The notes under the pieces were generated by a model. That model saw only the letters and a program-made list of their open reading frames with translations. It did not search any database and had not been told where the DNA came from. A stretch of 64,000 nt of DNA from Anaerolineales bacterium (GTDB taxonomy: Bacteria; Chloroflexota; Anaerolineae; Anaerolineales; E44-bin32): NCBI GenBank assembly GCA_029210945.1, contig JARGGH010000018.1:148-64147 (forward strand), read 5' to 3'. Below, in pieces: positions 36,818 through 46,221 of this stretch. Positions within the stretch are counted from its first letter, which is position 1. Every line of letters begins with the position of its first letter. Position numbers and translations under genes: made by a program.

Positions 36818-38173
36818 TTACTCGTCCTCAGGCACATACGTTTGGTAGCGCTCCCACACCTGTGGTACGAGAGCGCGTGCCCGGGCGGTGATCTCTTCCT
36901 CATCCAGCGTCAACAACTGTCCATCCTTCATCAGGATTTCTCCGGCGACGATCGTCGTGGTGATCATCGACTCGTGGAACCCGAAGAGAATATGCCAGGG
37001 CAGATTCCCAATCGTAAGCGGGGTTGTCGGGTGATAATCCACGAGAATGAGGTCTGCAGCCGCGCCGGTCTCGATCTTCCCCGGAGGTTGATCCGGGAAG
37101 AACCCGCTCGCCAGCGCAGCGTTGTTTTCAACGGCCAATTTAATGATCGTGTCCCCTGGCATGCGCCGGGGATCGCGATGCCAGACCTTATGGAGCAGGT
37201 AGGCCGTTTTCCACTCCGCCCACATCGCATTGGAGAATCCGTCATTGCCGAGCCCGACCCGCACACCGGCGCGCAGCATCGATTCGACGGCAGCCGCTCC
37301 AACCCCGTTATTCATGTTCGAGCGCGGTTGATGCGTGACCCAGGTCTGCGTGTCAGCGAGGATCTGCACCTCCCGGGCATCGACGTGAATCGCATGAGCG
37401 ACAATCGTGTGCTCCCCCAGGATCTCGTGCTCGAGCAAACGGTCCACGACCCGTTTCCCGGACCTGGCCAGGCTGTCATATTCATCCGCTTCGTGTTCTG
37501 CCACGTGGATGTGAAACCCGGCCTCCGGGGGGGCAGCTTCCCGGCAGGCCTGCAGTGTCTCGTCAGAGAGCGTCAGGCTGGCATGCAGGCCGAACGTACC
37601 GCGCACCCGTCCGCCGGCGATACCACCATCGGCTGCCATCTGCATGAAGCGCACATTTTCCCGGATACCCGCTGCCGCCTTCTGCTCGCCGTCACGGTCG
37701 GTGACCTCGTAGCAGAGCACTCCACGCAGACCGGATCGATCCAGCGTCTCGGCGATCACGTCGAGCGAGCCGTCAATCGCGTTAGGTGAAGCGTGGTGGT
37801 CGATGAGGGTTGTCGTTCCGTGCTTGATCGCATCAACCAAACTCACAAGCGCCGAGTAGCGGACACTCTCTTCATCCAGCGATTTGTCAAGCGGCCACCA
37901 CAGTTTCTCGAGGATCTCCGGGAAGTCTTTCGGCGCCCGACCCGGGATCGCCATCCCGCGTGCAAACGCGCCGTAGAAGTGAGTGTGCGCACAAATATTG
38001 CCCGGCATTAAGAACTGTCCCCCGGCGTCCAACTGTCCTTCGCCGGGATATTTTTCTGCAAGGGCCTGGCTGGTCCCAACCTCCGCGATCTTCCCATCCC
38101 GAATGAGGACGCCATGCTCCTCGAGGATCTGCTCGCCCGTCCAGGTTACCAGTTTCGCATTGGTGATCAACAT
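36818..38173 (-). CDS. ssnA: SsnA-family aminohydrolase
   Basis: MPGNICAHTHFY, LEKLWWPLD, IDHHASP, FGLHAS, HIHVAE, HQPRSNMNNGVG. Confidence 0.92.
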   Translation of the reverse strand: MLITNAKLVTWTGEQILEEHGVLIRDGKIAEVGTSQALAEKYPGEGQLDAGGQFLMPGNICAHTHFYGAFARGMAIPGRAPKDFPEILEKLWWPLDKSLDEESVRYSALVSLVDAIKHGTTTLIDHHASPNAIDGSLDVIAETLDRSGLRGVLCYEVTDRDGEQKAAAGIRENVRFMQMAADGGIAGGRVRGTFGLHASLTLSDETLQACREAAPPEAGFHIHVAEHEADEYDSLARSGKRVVDRLLEHEILGEHTIVAHAIHVDAREVQILADTQTWVTHQPRSNMNNGVGAAAVESMLRAGVRVGLGNDGFSNAMWAEWKTAYLLHKVWHRDPRRMPGDTIIKLAVENNAALASGFFPDQPPGKIETGAAADLILVDYHPTTPLTIGNLPWHILFGFHESMITTTIVAGEILMKDGQLLTLDEEEITARARALVPQVWERYQTYVPEDE

Positions 38174-38187
38174 CGGCCGTCTTCCTT

Positions 38188-38820
38188 TCAGTCAAAAACC
38201 GCAGGCGCGTCCTGTTGGCGGAAAGCCCGGAACACATCCTCAAGATGCTGCGGGGTCGTCCGGAAACCTGAGAGCGGCTCGGGCAGATCATCCTGAGAGA
38301 AGAACCCGCCTTCCGTGGTTTCATGACTTGTCCGGATCTCCCCGGAGTGTAAGTCACAGAGGAAGATCAATTTATAAGCGTGAAATAAGTCCAGCGAGCC
38401 CGGGATGCGGTTTGCATCATAGACACCAACCAGGCGCACCGCATTAACTTTCAGCCCGGCCTCCTCCAGCACCTCGCGTTCGATCGCCAGGGCCGGCGAT
38501 TCGCCGACATCCGCCCACCCACCGGGCAGCGTCCAGCCGCCGTCCATGACCTCACGCACCATCAGCAGCTTACCCTGCTTGAACACCGCCCCGCGCACAT
38601 CCACTTTGGGAGTGACATAGCCCGGCTGCTGTTCGAAGGCCAATTGCACCTGCTCAAAGGTCAGGCTGCTGTGTGCGGCGACCATCTCGGCGGCGATCTC
38701 CAGCAGTCTCTCCGCACGTTCTTCCTCGAACGGGTTGCGCGCGTAGTGCCGGCCGGTCTTGGCCAGCGCCTGGATTTCACGCGCCCAGTGAAGCCACTGA
38801 TCCCCTCCTTTACGCTCCAT
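38188..38820 (-). CDS. Nudix hydrolase with Nudix_N domain
   Basis: WLHWAREIQALA, GYVTPKVDVRG, GGWADVGES....EREVLEEAG; likely start MERKGG at 38820. Confidence 0.9.
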   Translation of the reverse strand: MERKGGDQWLHWAREIQALAKTGRHYARNPFEEERAERLLEIAAEMVAAHSSLTFEQVQLAFEQQPGYVTPKVDVRGAVFKQGKLLMVREVMDGGWTLPGGWADVGESPALAIEREVLEEAGLKVNAVRLVGVYDANRIPGSLDLFHAYKLIFLCDLHSGEIRTSHETTEGGFFSQDDLPEPLSGFRTTPQHLEDVFRAFRQQDAPAVFD

Positions 38821-41593
38821 CCGGGGCCTTCCGGGCGATTTCCAACGCCAGCCAATCCTGATCAACCGGGATCTTGCGCAAACGCACGCCGCAGGCATTG
38901 TAGATCGCGTTCGTGATCGCTGGGATGGTCGGCATGGATGAGATCTCGCCAACACCCTTAGCGCCGTATGGCCCTTCGGAGGTAGGATGCTCGACCACGA
39001 TCGATTCGATCTCGGGCGTCTGTGCGATGGAGGGCATGCGGTAGCGGGCCAACTGATCCGTCCACACCTCGCCACCCTCCAGGATGAACTCCTCGGTCAG
39101 CGCGTGCCCGACTCCCATGATCACGCCACCCTCCACCTGGCCGAGCAGACCAAGCGGGTTGATCGCCCGGCCGACATCATTGGCGGCGATAACCCGCAGC
39201 ACACGCACCTCACCGGTCAGCAAATCGACTTCGACCTCCGCTGCCTGGGCCGCGAACGAAAACGCAAAGTGCTTATCACCTTCGGTGCCCAGCGGATACG
39301 TCTCCGGTGCCCAGTATTCAAACGAAACGAGCGGCTTGCGACCTTCTTCATTCATGATCGAAGCGACCCGGTCCATCATGATCTGCTGGCCGTTGACCTG
39401 TGCCAGCCCTTCGACGTAGCGGATCGACCCGGGCGGGACTTCGAATTTCTCGGCGAGCGTGGCCGAGATCGAATCTCGCAGCGCACTGGCTGCGTGGCGC
39501 ACGGCGTTGCCGCTGATGTACGTCTGGCGCGAACCCGTCGTCGGCCCTCCGTCAGGCGTAAGGTCTGTGTCGGAAAGCAGCACCCGAACGCTTTCGAGCG
39601 GCAGGCCCATTTCTTCGGCGGCAATCAACTGCAGAACCGTCACCAGACCCTGTCCAATTTCGGCCGAGGACGTGCGCGCCTCGACGGTTCCGTCCGGGAG
39701 CAATTCGACCTCAGCCGTCGCCCGGTCCGGGGCGCCCTCACCCAGGCCGGTGTTCTTGAACGCTACTGCAAACCCCCACGCCCGGCTTAAATGAGGCTCC
39801 CCCACGACTTGACGCGCCGTGAATGGATCCTTGCCGGCAACCTCTTCTAAACGCGCCTGGACCCGTTCGATACAGTCTATCAACCCGACACTCTCATCCA
39901 GGATCTGACCGGTGTTGGCAATCGAACCTTTCCGGAGCGCGTTCTTGCGCCGCAGAGTAACCCGCTCGATGTCCAGCATTTCAGCGAGCTCATCCATCGC
40001 GGTCTCAATCGCAAAGATCGACTGCAGGGCGCCAAACCCCCGGAACGCGCCCGCCGGCGGGTTGTTGGTGTACATCGCATAACAATCCGATTTCACATGT
40101 GGGATTACATAGGGACCTGCTGAATGTGTGGTAGCGCGCCCCATAACCTTGTCGCCCAGCGAGGCGTAGGCGCCGGTATCGCCATAGAGTTCCGTTTGCG
40201 CCGCTACGAGCGTGCCGTCCCGCTTAGCGCCCAACCGCACCCGGATCTGGGTGGCATGGCGCTTGGGGTGGACGATCAGGCTCTCATGCCGGTCAAAGAG
40301 GATCTTGACCGGGCGGCCAGTGTGGTAGGCAGCCAGCGCGGCATGGATCTGACCGGCAATATCTTCCTTGCCGCCGAAGCCACCCCCGATCAATGTCCCG
40401 ATCACCCGGACACGGCTCTCGTCGACTCCCAACGCCGCAGCGATTTGCTCACGATCTTCATACGGGATCTGTGAGCCGACATACACCTCCACACGATCAT
40501 CGTCAGTGATGCGTGCGATGCTGCACTCCGGCTCCATGAATACATGATCCATCGCCGGGGTGAAATAGACCCGGTCCAGGATCACATCCGCCTGTTCAAA
40601 ACCCAAATCTACGTCACCTTTACGAACCTTGATGTGTTTCAGGAGATTGCCGTCCTGATGCACTCTGGGGGCGTCCGACTGGTAAGCTTCGACCGGATCG
40701 GTAACGACCGGGAGTGCTTCGATTTCAACCCCGATCCTCCCGAGCGCTTGCTCCGCAATCCCGCGCGTGTCTGCAACGACGATGGCGATCGCGTCGCCGA
40801 CATAACGCACCTTCTCTCCGATCCCGACCAGGGCGGGCCAGTCGTGATAGACGACGCCATGGTTGACCCGACCGGGAACATCCGGCGCGGTGAGGATCGT
40901 GTGCACCCCTTCAACTGCACGCGCCTGCTCGAGCTCGATCGCACGCACGATTCCATGCGGCACACCGGCCCGCAACACCGCGCCATGCAGCATACCCGGA
41001 AACTCGTAATCGTCGCTGTACATGGCCGTGCCATCAACTTTGGCGATTGCGTCGGGTCTCCAGGCATAGCGGCCGACGACGCGCTCATCACCGCTGACCT
41101 GCATGACCGGCTCACTCACCGGTGAACCCGATCGCAAGCTCTGGGCGGCAGCCTGGACCGCCGTAATGATGCGCGGGTAGGCGCCGCACCGGCAGAGGGT
41201 ATCCCGCAGCGCGTAACGGATGTCTTCTTCCGAAGGATCCTGGTTGTCGGTCAGCAGCGCGTAGCCGGTCATGATCTGACCGGGGATGCAGAAACCGCAC
41301 TGCACGGCACCGTGTTTCACGAATGCATCCTGGAGCGGATGAAGCTCCCCGTTCGATCGAAGCCCCTCGATCGTGAGCAGCGTTTTTCCGTCAGTCTTCA
41401 TGGCGGGCATTGTGCAGGAGAGGACCGGCTGGTCCTCCAGCAGCACGGTGCAGGCGCCGCATTCAGCTTCCTCGCACGCGATTTTCGTACCGGTCAGTCC
41501 AAGACGATAGCGGAGCACGTCCGAAAGCATCTCGCCCGGTGCGACCTCAACCACATGCTCTTCACCGTTCACCATTAATTTCAATCGATCCAC
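38810..41593 (-). CDS. Xanthine dehydrogenase-family [2Fe-2S]+molybdopterin subunit
   Basis: CEEAECGAC, QCGFCIPG, CRCGAY, GGGFGGKE, AFRGFG, GAKGVGE; GTG start at 41593 after AAGGAG. Confidence 0.93.
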   Translation of the reverse strand: MDRLKLMVNGEEHVVEVAPGEMLSDVLRYRLGLTGTKIACEEAECGACTVLLEDQPVLSCTMPAMKTDGKTLLTIEGLRSNGELHPLQDAFVKHGAVQCGFCIPGQIMTGYALLTDNQDPSEEDIRYALRDTLCRCGAYPRIITAVQAAAQSLRSGSPVSEPVMQVSGDERVVGRYAWRPDAIAKVDGTAMYSDDYEFPGMLHGAVLRAGVPHGIVRAIELEQARAVEGVHTILTAPDVPGRVNHGVVYHDWPALVGIGEKVRYVGDAIAIVVADTRGIAEQALGRIGVEIEALPVVTDPVEAYQSDAPRVHQDGNLLKHIKVRKGDVDLGFEQADVILDRVYFTPAMDHVFMEPECSIARITDDDRVEVYVGSQIPYEDREQIAAALGVDESRVRVIGTLIGGGFGGKEDIAGQIHAALAAYHTGRPVKILFDRHESLIVHPKRHATQIRVRLGAKRDGTLVAAQTELYGDTGAYASLGDKVMGRATTHSAGPYVIPHVKSDCYAMYTNNPPAGAFRGFGALQSIFAIETAMDELAEMLDIERVTLRRKNALRKGSIANTGQILDESVGLIDCIERVQARLEEVAGKDPFTARQVVGEPHLSRAWGFAVAFKNTGLGEGAPDRATAEVELLPDGTVEARTSSAEIGQGLVTVLQLIAAEEMGLPLESVRVLLSDTDLTPDGGPTTGSRQTYISGNAVRHAASALRDSISATLAEKFEVPPGSIRYVEGLAQVNGQQIMMDRVASIMNEEGRKPLVSFEYWAPETYPLGTEGDKHFAFSFAAQAAEVEVDLLTGEVRVLRVIAANDVGRAINPLGLLGQVEGGVIMGVGHALTEEFILEGGEVWTDQLARYRMPSIAQTPEIESIVVEHPTSEGPYGAKGVGEISSMPTIPAITNAIYNACGVRLRKIPVDQDWLALEIARKAPDGA

Positions 41594-41639
41594 CTGAGAA
41601 ACTCCTTCATTTACCTGCATACCAACACATGTTGACTTC

Positions 41640-42518
41640 TCACTCCAGCAGCTGTGCGGAAATCCGTCCAATTGTTCTATCAAGAAGCGTCGCGATCAGG
41701 TGACGGCGGTAGGCTTCGGTCGCCCGGTATGGGCTGGTGCGCAACTTTATCTCGTCCTGCAGGGTCCGTGCAGATTCATGCAGAGTGTCCGCATCGATGA
41801 TACGACCAGACAGAAGATCTTCAAGGGCGTGCGCTCTGAACGGGGTCGGACCGCCAGGTCCGACCGCGATGCGCGCCGATTCGATCGAGCCGTCGGAGGC
41901 GAAGCGCATCCACACCGCCATATTAAGAATGGCAATGGCGACGCCCTGCGGCCGCATGACACGATCAAAAGCAGACCCCTCACCGGGTCCGCTGAGCGGG
42001 ATCCGGAAACCCTTGATCAGCTCACGCGAGCGATCAAATGTGGTCACTCCTGGCCCTGCAAACAGATCCCCGATCGGCAGCCAGGTCTCGCCCTCTGAGT
42101 TCACGATGCATGCTTGTGCGTCCAGTGCGACGAGCGCGATCGTCCCGTCGCCGGCCGGCAGGGCATGGGCGACGTTGCCGCCGATCGTGGCGACGTTGCG
42201 CACCTGCGGGCCACCGATTAGCCCGCAGCCCTCCACTAAACAGCGGACATTTTCTTTGAGAACGGGGTTGTGAATGATCTCGTTGTGGGTCACGGCTGCG
42301 CCGATAAAGATGCCTTCAGGTTCGACACGCACCTGCTGGAGTTCATCGATCCTTGTGATATCCACCATCGTGTCTACCGGGGGATGCCGCCCTTGATCCA
42401 GGTCTAGCAGCAAATCGGTGCCCCCGGCAATCACAGCCGAGGTGCCATCGAGTTCGCTCAAAGCGTCAACCGCTTCCTGAATTGAAGTCGGGAGGAGGTA
42501 ATGTTTCCATAGGCTCAT
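41640..42518 (-). CDS. Mo-hydroxylase FAD-binding subunit
   Basis: IAGGTDL, GGPQVRNVATIGGN. Confidence 0.92.
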   Translation of the reverse strand: MSLWKHYLLPTSIQEAVDALSELDGTSAVIAGGTDLLLDLDQGRHPPVDTMVDITRIDELQQVRVEPEGIFIGAAVTHNEIIHNPVLKENVRCLVEGCGLIGGPQVRNVATIGGNVAHALPAGDGTIALVALDAQACIVNSEGETWLPIGDLFAGPGVTTFDRSRELIKGFRIPLSGPGEGSAFDRVMRPQGVAIAILNMAVWMRFASDGSIESARIAVGPGGPTPFRAHALEDLLSGRIIDADTLHESARTLQDEIKLRTSPYRATEAYRRHLIATLLDRTIGRISAQLLE

Positions 42519-42631
42519 ATTTTCGCTCACTTATCATGCAGATATGAGCTAACTGGCACTTTTCGACGGACGAGGCTGCCCGACGCCGCCCATTTGGTAC
42601 GTGTTGGCGACCACCAGCTCGAGGTAGGCTG

Positions 42632-42660
42632 ATTCTAGCACCTCCACAATCGATCATCAA
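42632..42660 (-). promoter_or_regulatory. Putative sigma70 promoter
   Basis: TTGATG-N17-TAGAAT with extended TG, ~115 nt upstream of the FAD-subunit gene. Confidence 0.55.
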
Positions 42661-42665
42661 GATAT

Positions 42666-44087
42666 CTAGAGTACGGGTGCATGCGGTTTTCTTTTAATGA
42701 AGCGACCCATCCCGCGTTCGCCCAGCCATTGATCCCCATCGACAATCAGCGTCCCACGCAGAATAACCTTATCCGGGTATCCTTTAAGCGCCCACCCTTC
42801 GTAGAGATTGTAATCCGTGCGATGGCGGGCTATCTCAACCCCGTATGTCAGTTCTCGCTCAGGATCCCAGACAACGATATCCGCGTCGGATCCGGGAAGG
42901 AGTGCTCCCTTCTGAGGGTAGAGCCCGAAAATCCGGGCCGGGTTCGTGCTCGTCTGGGCGACGAACTGCCGCATCGTAATCCGGCCTTGACCGACGCCAT
43001 AAGACCAGAGAATCGGCATGCGATCACCGACACCGGGTAAGCCGTTCGGTATTTTGGTGAAATCGTCACTGCCCAGCTCTTTGCCCGGGATGGAAACCGG
43101 CTCACCTTCGTATTCAATGGGCGAGGTGCCGTCATAGAAGAACGGACAATGATCGGTACCCATGACCTGCAGTGAATCGTCGGAGAGGCCCTGCCAGAGC
43201 GCCTCGTTATCGACTTCCGATCGCATAGGGGGTGAGCAAACCCACTTCGCGCCGTCCGGCCTCTTCAGGTGGTCGACATTGAAAAAGAGATACTGCGGGC
43301 AGGTCTCGCCCATCACGGGAAGGCCTTGTCCACGGGCATACTGGATCTGATCGATCCCGCCGGCAGTGTTAACATGCACGATGTAGAGCGGAGCGCCGGC
43401 CTGGGCTGCAAGCGCGGCGCTTCTCAGGACCGCATCGACCGCCCCCCATGCCGGGCGGGTGTGCGCATGCCACTCCGGGTCCTTCTTGCCTGCGGCCACC
43501 GCCTCACGCGTCAGGATCTCGATCACATCGCCATTTTCTGCATGGATCATGGGGAGCATACCGTGCTCCGCCGCGACCCTCATCACACGGAAGATTTCGC
43601 CGTCCTGCAAGCGCAAACGCCCGTTGTAGGCGGTGAACATTTTCAGGGTCGTGATCCCCCGCTCCAGCAGCTGCGGGATCTCTATCAGAACCGCGTCGTT
43701 CAAGCGGGTGATATTCATGTGAAAGCTGTAATCGATGGCTGCTTTCGGCTCAGCTTTCTGCTGCCAGACATCGATCGACTCGGCCAGCCGTTCATGATCC
43801 TGGGGGACAAAATCCATGACGGTCGTCGTTCCGCCGAACGCGGCGGCCTTGTGCCCCGTGTAGTGATCATCCGACGATACCGTATCGAACATCGGCAGGT
43901 CAAAATGAGTATGCGGGTCGACGCCACCGGGCAGGATAAGTTTGCCGCTCACGTCGACCACCTCGGCTCCATCGGGAGCCAAGTCCTCACCGATTTCGGC
44001 AATCTGCTCACCGAGGATGCGCAAATCCTGTTCGTAGATCCCATCCTCGGTGATGATCGTGCCACCCTTTAATAGAATCGCCTGCAT
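42666..44087 (-). CDS. hydA: Dihydropyrimidinase/hydantoinase
   Basis: PGGVDPHTH, AAFGGTTT, LKMFTAY, HAENG, GETCPQYL, CSPP, TDHCPF, KIPNGLPG. Confidence 0.95.
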   Translation of the reverse strand: MQAILLKGGTIITEDGIYEQDLRILGEQIAEIGEDLAPDGAEVVDVSGKLILPGGVDPHTHFDLPMFDTVSSDDHYTGHKAAAFGGTTTVMDFVPQDHERLAESIDVWQQKAEPKAAIDYSFHMNITRLNDAVLIEIPQLLERGITTLKMFTAYNGRLRLQDGEIFRVMRVAAEHGMLPMIHAENGDVIEILTREAVAAGKKDPEWHAHTRPAWGAVDAVLRSAALAAQAGAPLYIVHVNTAGGIDQIQYARGQGLPVMGETCPQYLFFNVDHLKRPDGAKWVCSPPMRSEVDNEALWQGLSDDSLQVMGTDHCPFFYDGTSPIEYEGEPVSIPGKELGSDDFTKIPNGLPGVGDRMPILWSYGVGQGRITMRQFVAQTSTNPARIFGLYPQKGALLPGSDADIVVWDPERELTYGVEIARHRTDYNLYEGWALKGYPDKVILRGTLIVDGDQWLGERGMGRFIKRKPHAPVL

Positions 44088-44132
44088 TCGAATGTCATCC
44101 TTAATAGGTCGCCCAAACTGGGATATCAGCGA

Positions 44133-44633
44133 TCACTCAATCCGGTTGGCGGATTTTTCGTCCCGTTGTCCGTCTGTTGATCTCTCACGCATCATCCGCC
44201 ACAGCAGCGCTCGTTCGCCCGGAGAGTCGACGCGGAGATCGGATAACGAACGAGCCCGCTGCAGCTTCTCACCGGTAGTGTAGAGGAATGTGAAGCGCCT
44301 CCACTTCTCGGCAGGAATCGGTCTGGGCAGTTTGAAAAGCCGGCCCAGTTGGAGCTTGAAATAAGGCTCCTTCGCCCGGGGATGCCCGGATTCAGCCCCT
44401 AGCAGCTCCCTGCGGGTGACCAATTCATGCCCTTGAACTGGCGCCATATAGCGCACAGCCCATTTCTCGTCCCCGAATGCGGATGTCAGATAGAACGCGA
44501 TCCAATCTACATCCACGGTTTTCGGCGCGCTCTGTACGGGTATCCGGTACCAACCCAGAACACGGGCGATCTCAAGATCGCGCCTGGACGGGAGGATCGC
44601 CACCAGAACAAGATCCTCAGGTCGAACTTCCAT
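44133..44633 (-). CDS. Conserved hypothetical protein
   Basis: VLVAIL...DLEIARVLGWYRIP...WRRFTFLYTTGE; co-oriented and coding-like. Confidence 0.75.
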   Translation of the reverse strand: MEVRPEDLVLVAILPSRRDLEIARVLGWYRIPVQSAPKTVDVDWIAFYLTSAFGDEKWAVRYMAPVQGHELVTRRELLGAESGHPRAKEPYFKLQLGRLFKLPRPIPAEKWRRFTFLYTTGEKLQRARSLSDLRVDSPGERALLWRMMRERSTDGQRDEKSANRIE

Positions 44634-44741
44634 GAGCTTTCCCCCTTTCTGAAACCTCCCCGGCGGTTTAGTTCTAAAACGGACCAGCGGTGAACTGATC
44701 CGTCTTAAACGATCTACCCTGCTGCGCCGGCTTTACTCGAA

Positions 44742-46199
44742 CTACAAGCCGACTTCACGGTTGAAATCCTGGATCAGCCTGTCGATCTCAGGGATCTGCT
44801 CCTGGATCGAAGTCCAGTAATCATGATCGTACCACTGCGCGACCAGTTCATCGTGTTCGCGACCCTGCTGCTCGACCCAGGTGAAGTATTTCAGGTTATG
44901 CACCCGGCGCCTGTCTGTGTAACGCATGTCAAGCATATGATCGGTGGTTAAGCCCATCAGATAGCGGGCATAGTCAGCCGCCGCTTCAATCTCCCCGTAG
45001 CTGCCCATGCTCTCATGCATTTCATCAAGCCGGCTTTGATAAAGCTCCATCGAGTCGGTCAGAACCGTGATGACGACGTCATTGGAATTCAGTTCATAGT
45101 ATTTCGAGAATTGGATCGCCATCGCCAGATTGGCAATCCCTGAAAATCCAAGCAGATCCAGCTGGGAAACCACATCCTCTTCGACTCCCTGCTTGACGAG
45201 ATACTCCCTCCCGGCAGGCTCGTTGAACAGACGTGCGGTGTTGACGATCACGGCGTCATCGAGTGCGATAATCATATCGGTGTTCTTGACGTTGTGGATC
45301 CAGGGCACGTGTTTATCCCCGATCCCCTCGATGCGGTGGGCGCCGAACCCGTTCTCCAAAAGGGTCGGGCACTGCCAGGCTTCTCCCGCAGCGATCCTGC
45401 TATTGGGGAAGACCTGTTTGAGGTAGTCACCGCACCCGATCGTTCCGGCCGATCCGGTCGTAAGCGTCACACCGGAAAAACGATCACCTGGACCCATAAC
45501 ATGCTGGAGGACCTCCTCCATCGCATGACCGGTCACATCGTAATGCCAGAGGTAATTGCCGAACTCTTCAAACTGGTTGAAGATCATCAGATCTTCACCT
45601 GATTCGCGCAGTTCCCAGCACTTATCGAAGATTTCCTTGACGTTCGACTCGCTGCCGGGCGTCTTGATGACCTCCCCGGCGATGTTCGCCAGCCAGTCGA
45701 AACGCTCCTTGCTCATCCCTTCCGGCAGAATGGCGATCGATTCGCAAGCCAGCAGAGCCGAGTCATAAGCGCCCCCGCGGCAGTAGTTGCCGGTGGAGGG
45801 CCAGACCGCTTTCTGCGAGGTGGGGTCGAATTGCCCGGTCACGAGTCTCGGCACGAGGCAGCCAAAAGCCGCACCGACTTTATGGGCACCGGTGGGAAAC
45901 CACTTGCCGGCGAGACCGATGATGCGTGCGTCGACGCCGGTGAGTTCTGAGGGGAATTCGATGTAGTTGACGCCGTCGAAACCGCCTCCGCTCTCTTGCG
46001 GTTCGTTCTTCCAGGTGATGCGGAACAAGTTGCGCGGGTTGATATCCCACAAGCCGATGCCGGACAGTTCTTTCTTAATTGAATCAGGAATTAGCGATGG
46101 ATCCTTCATTTGAGCGAACGTCGGGATGATGATGTTGCGTTCACGCGCCCGTTCGACTGCTTTTTCAAATCCACTCTCAATGACTTTAAGGTCGATCAT
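44742..46199 (-). CDS. Fold-type II PLP-dependent enzyme (cysteine synthase-like)
   Basis: FPTGAHKVGA (PLP Lys), PSTGNY, TGSAGT, HRIEGIG. Confidence 0.88.
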   Translation of the reverse strand: MIDLKVIESGFEKAVERARERNIIIPTFAQMKDPSLIPDSIKKELSGIGLWDINPRNLFRITWKNEPQESGGGFDGVNYIEFPSELTGVDARIIGLAGKWFPTGAHKVGAAFGCLVPRLVTGQFDPTSQKAVWPSTGNYCRGGAYDSALLACESIAILPEGMSKERFDWLANIAGEVIKTPGSESNVKEIFDKCWELRESGEDLMIFNQFEEFGNYLWHYDVTGHAMEEVLQHVMGPGDRFSGVTLTTGSAGTIGCGDYLKQVFPNSRIAAGEAWQCPTLLENGFGAHRIEGIGDKHVPWIHNVKNTDMIIALDDAVIVNTARLFNEPAGREYLVKQGVEEDVVSQLDLLGFSGIANLAMAIQFSKYYELNSNDVVITVLTDSMELYQSRLDEMHESMGSYGEIEAAADYARYLMGLTTDHMLDMRYTDRRRVHNLKYFTWVEQQGREHDELVAQWYDHDYWTSIQEQIPEIDRLIQDFNREVGL

Positions 46200-46221
46200 T
46201 CTACTTTCTCACTCCTTTAAT

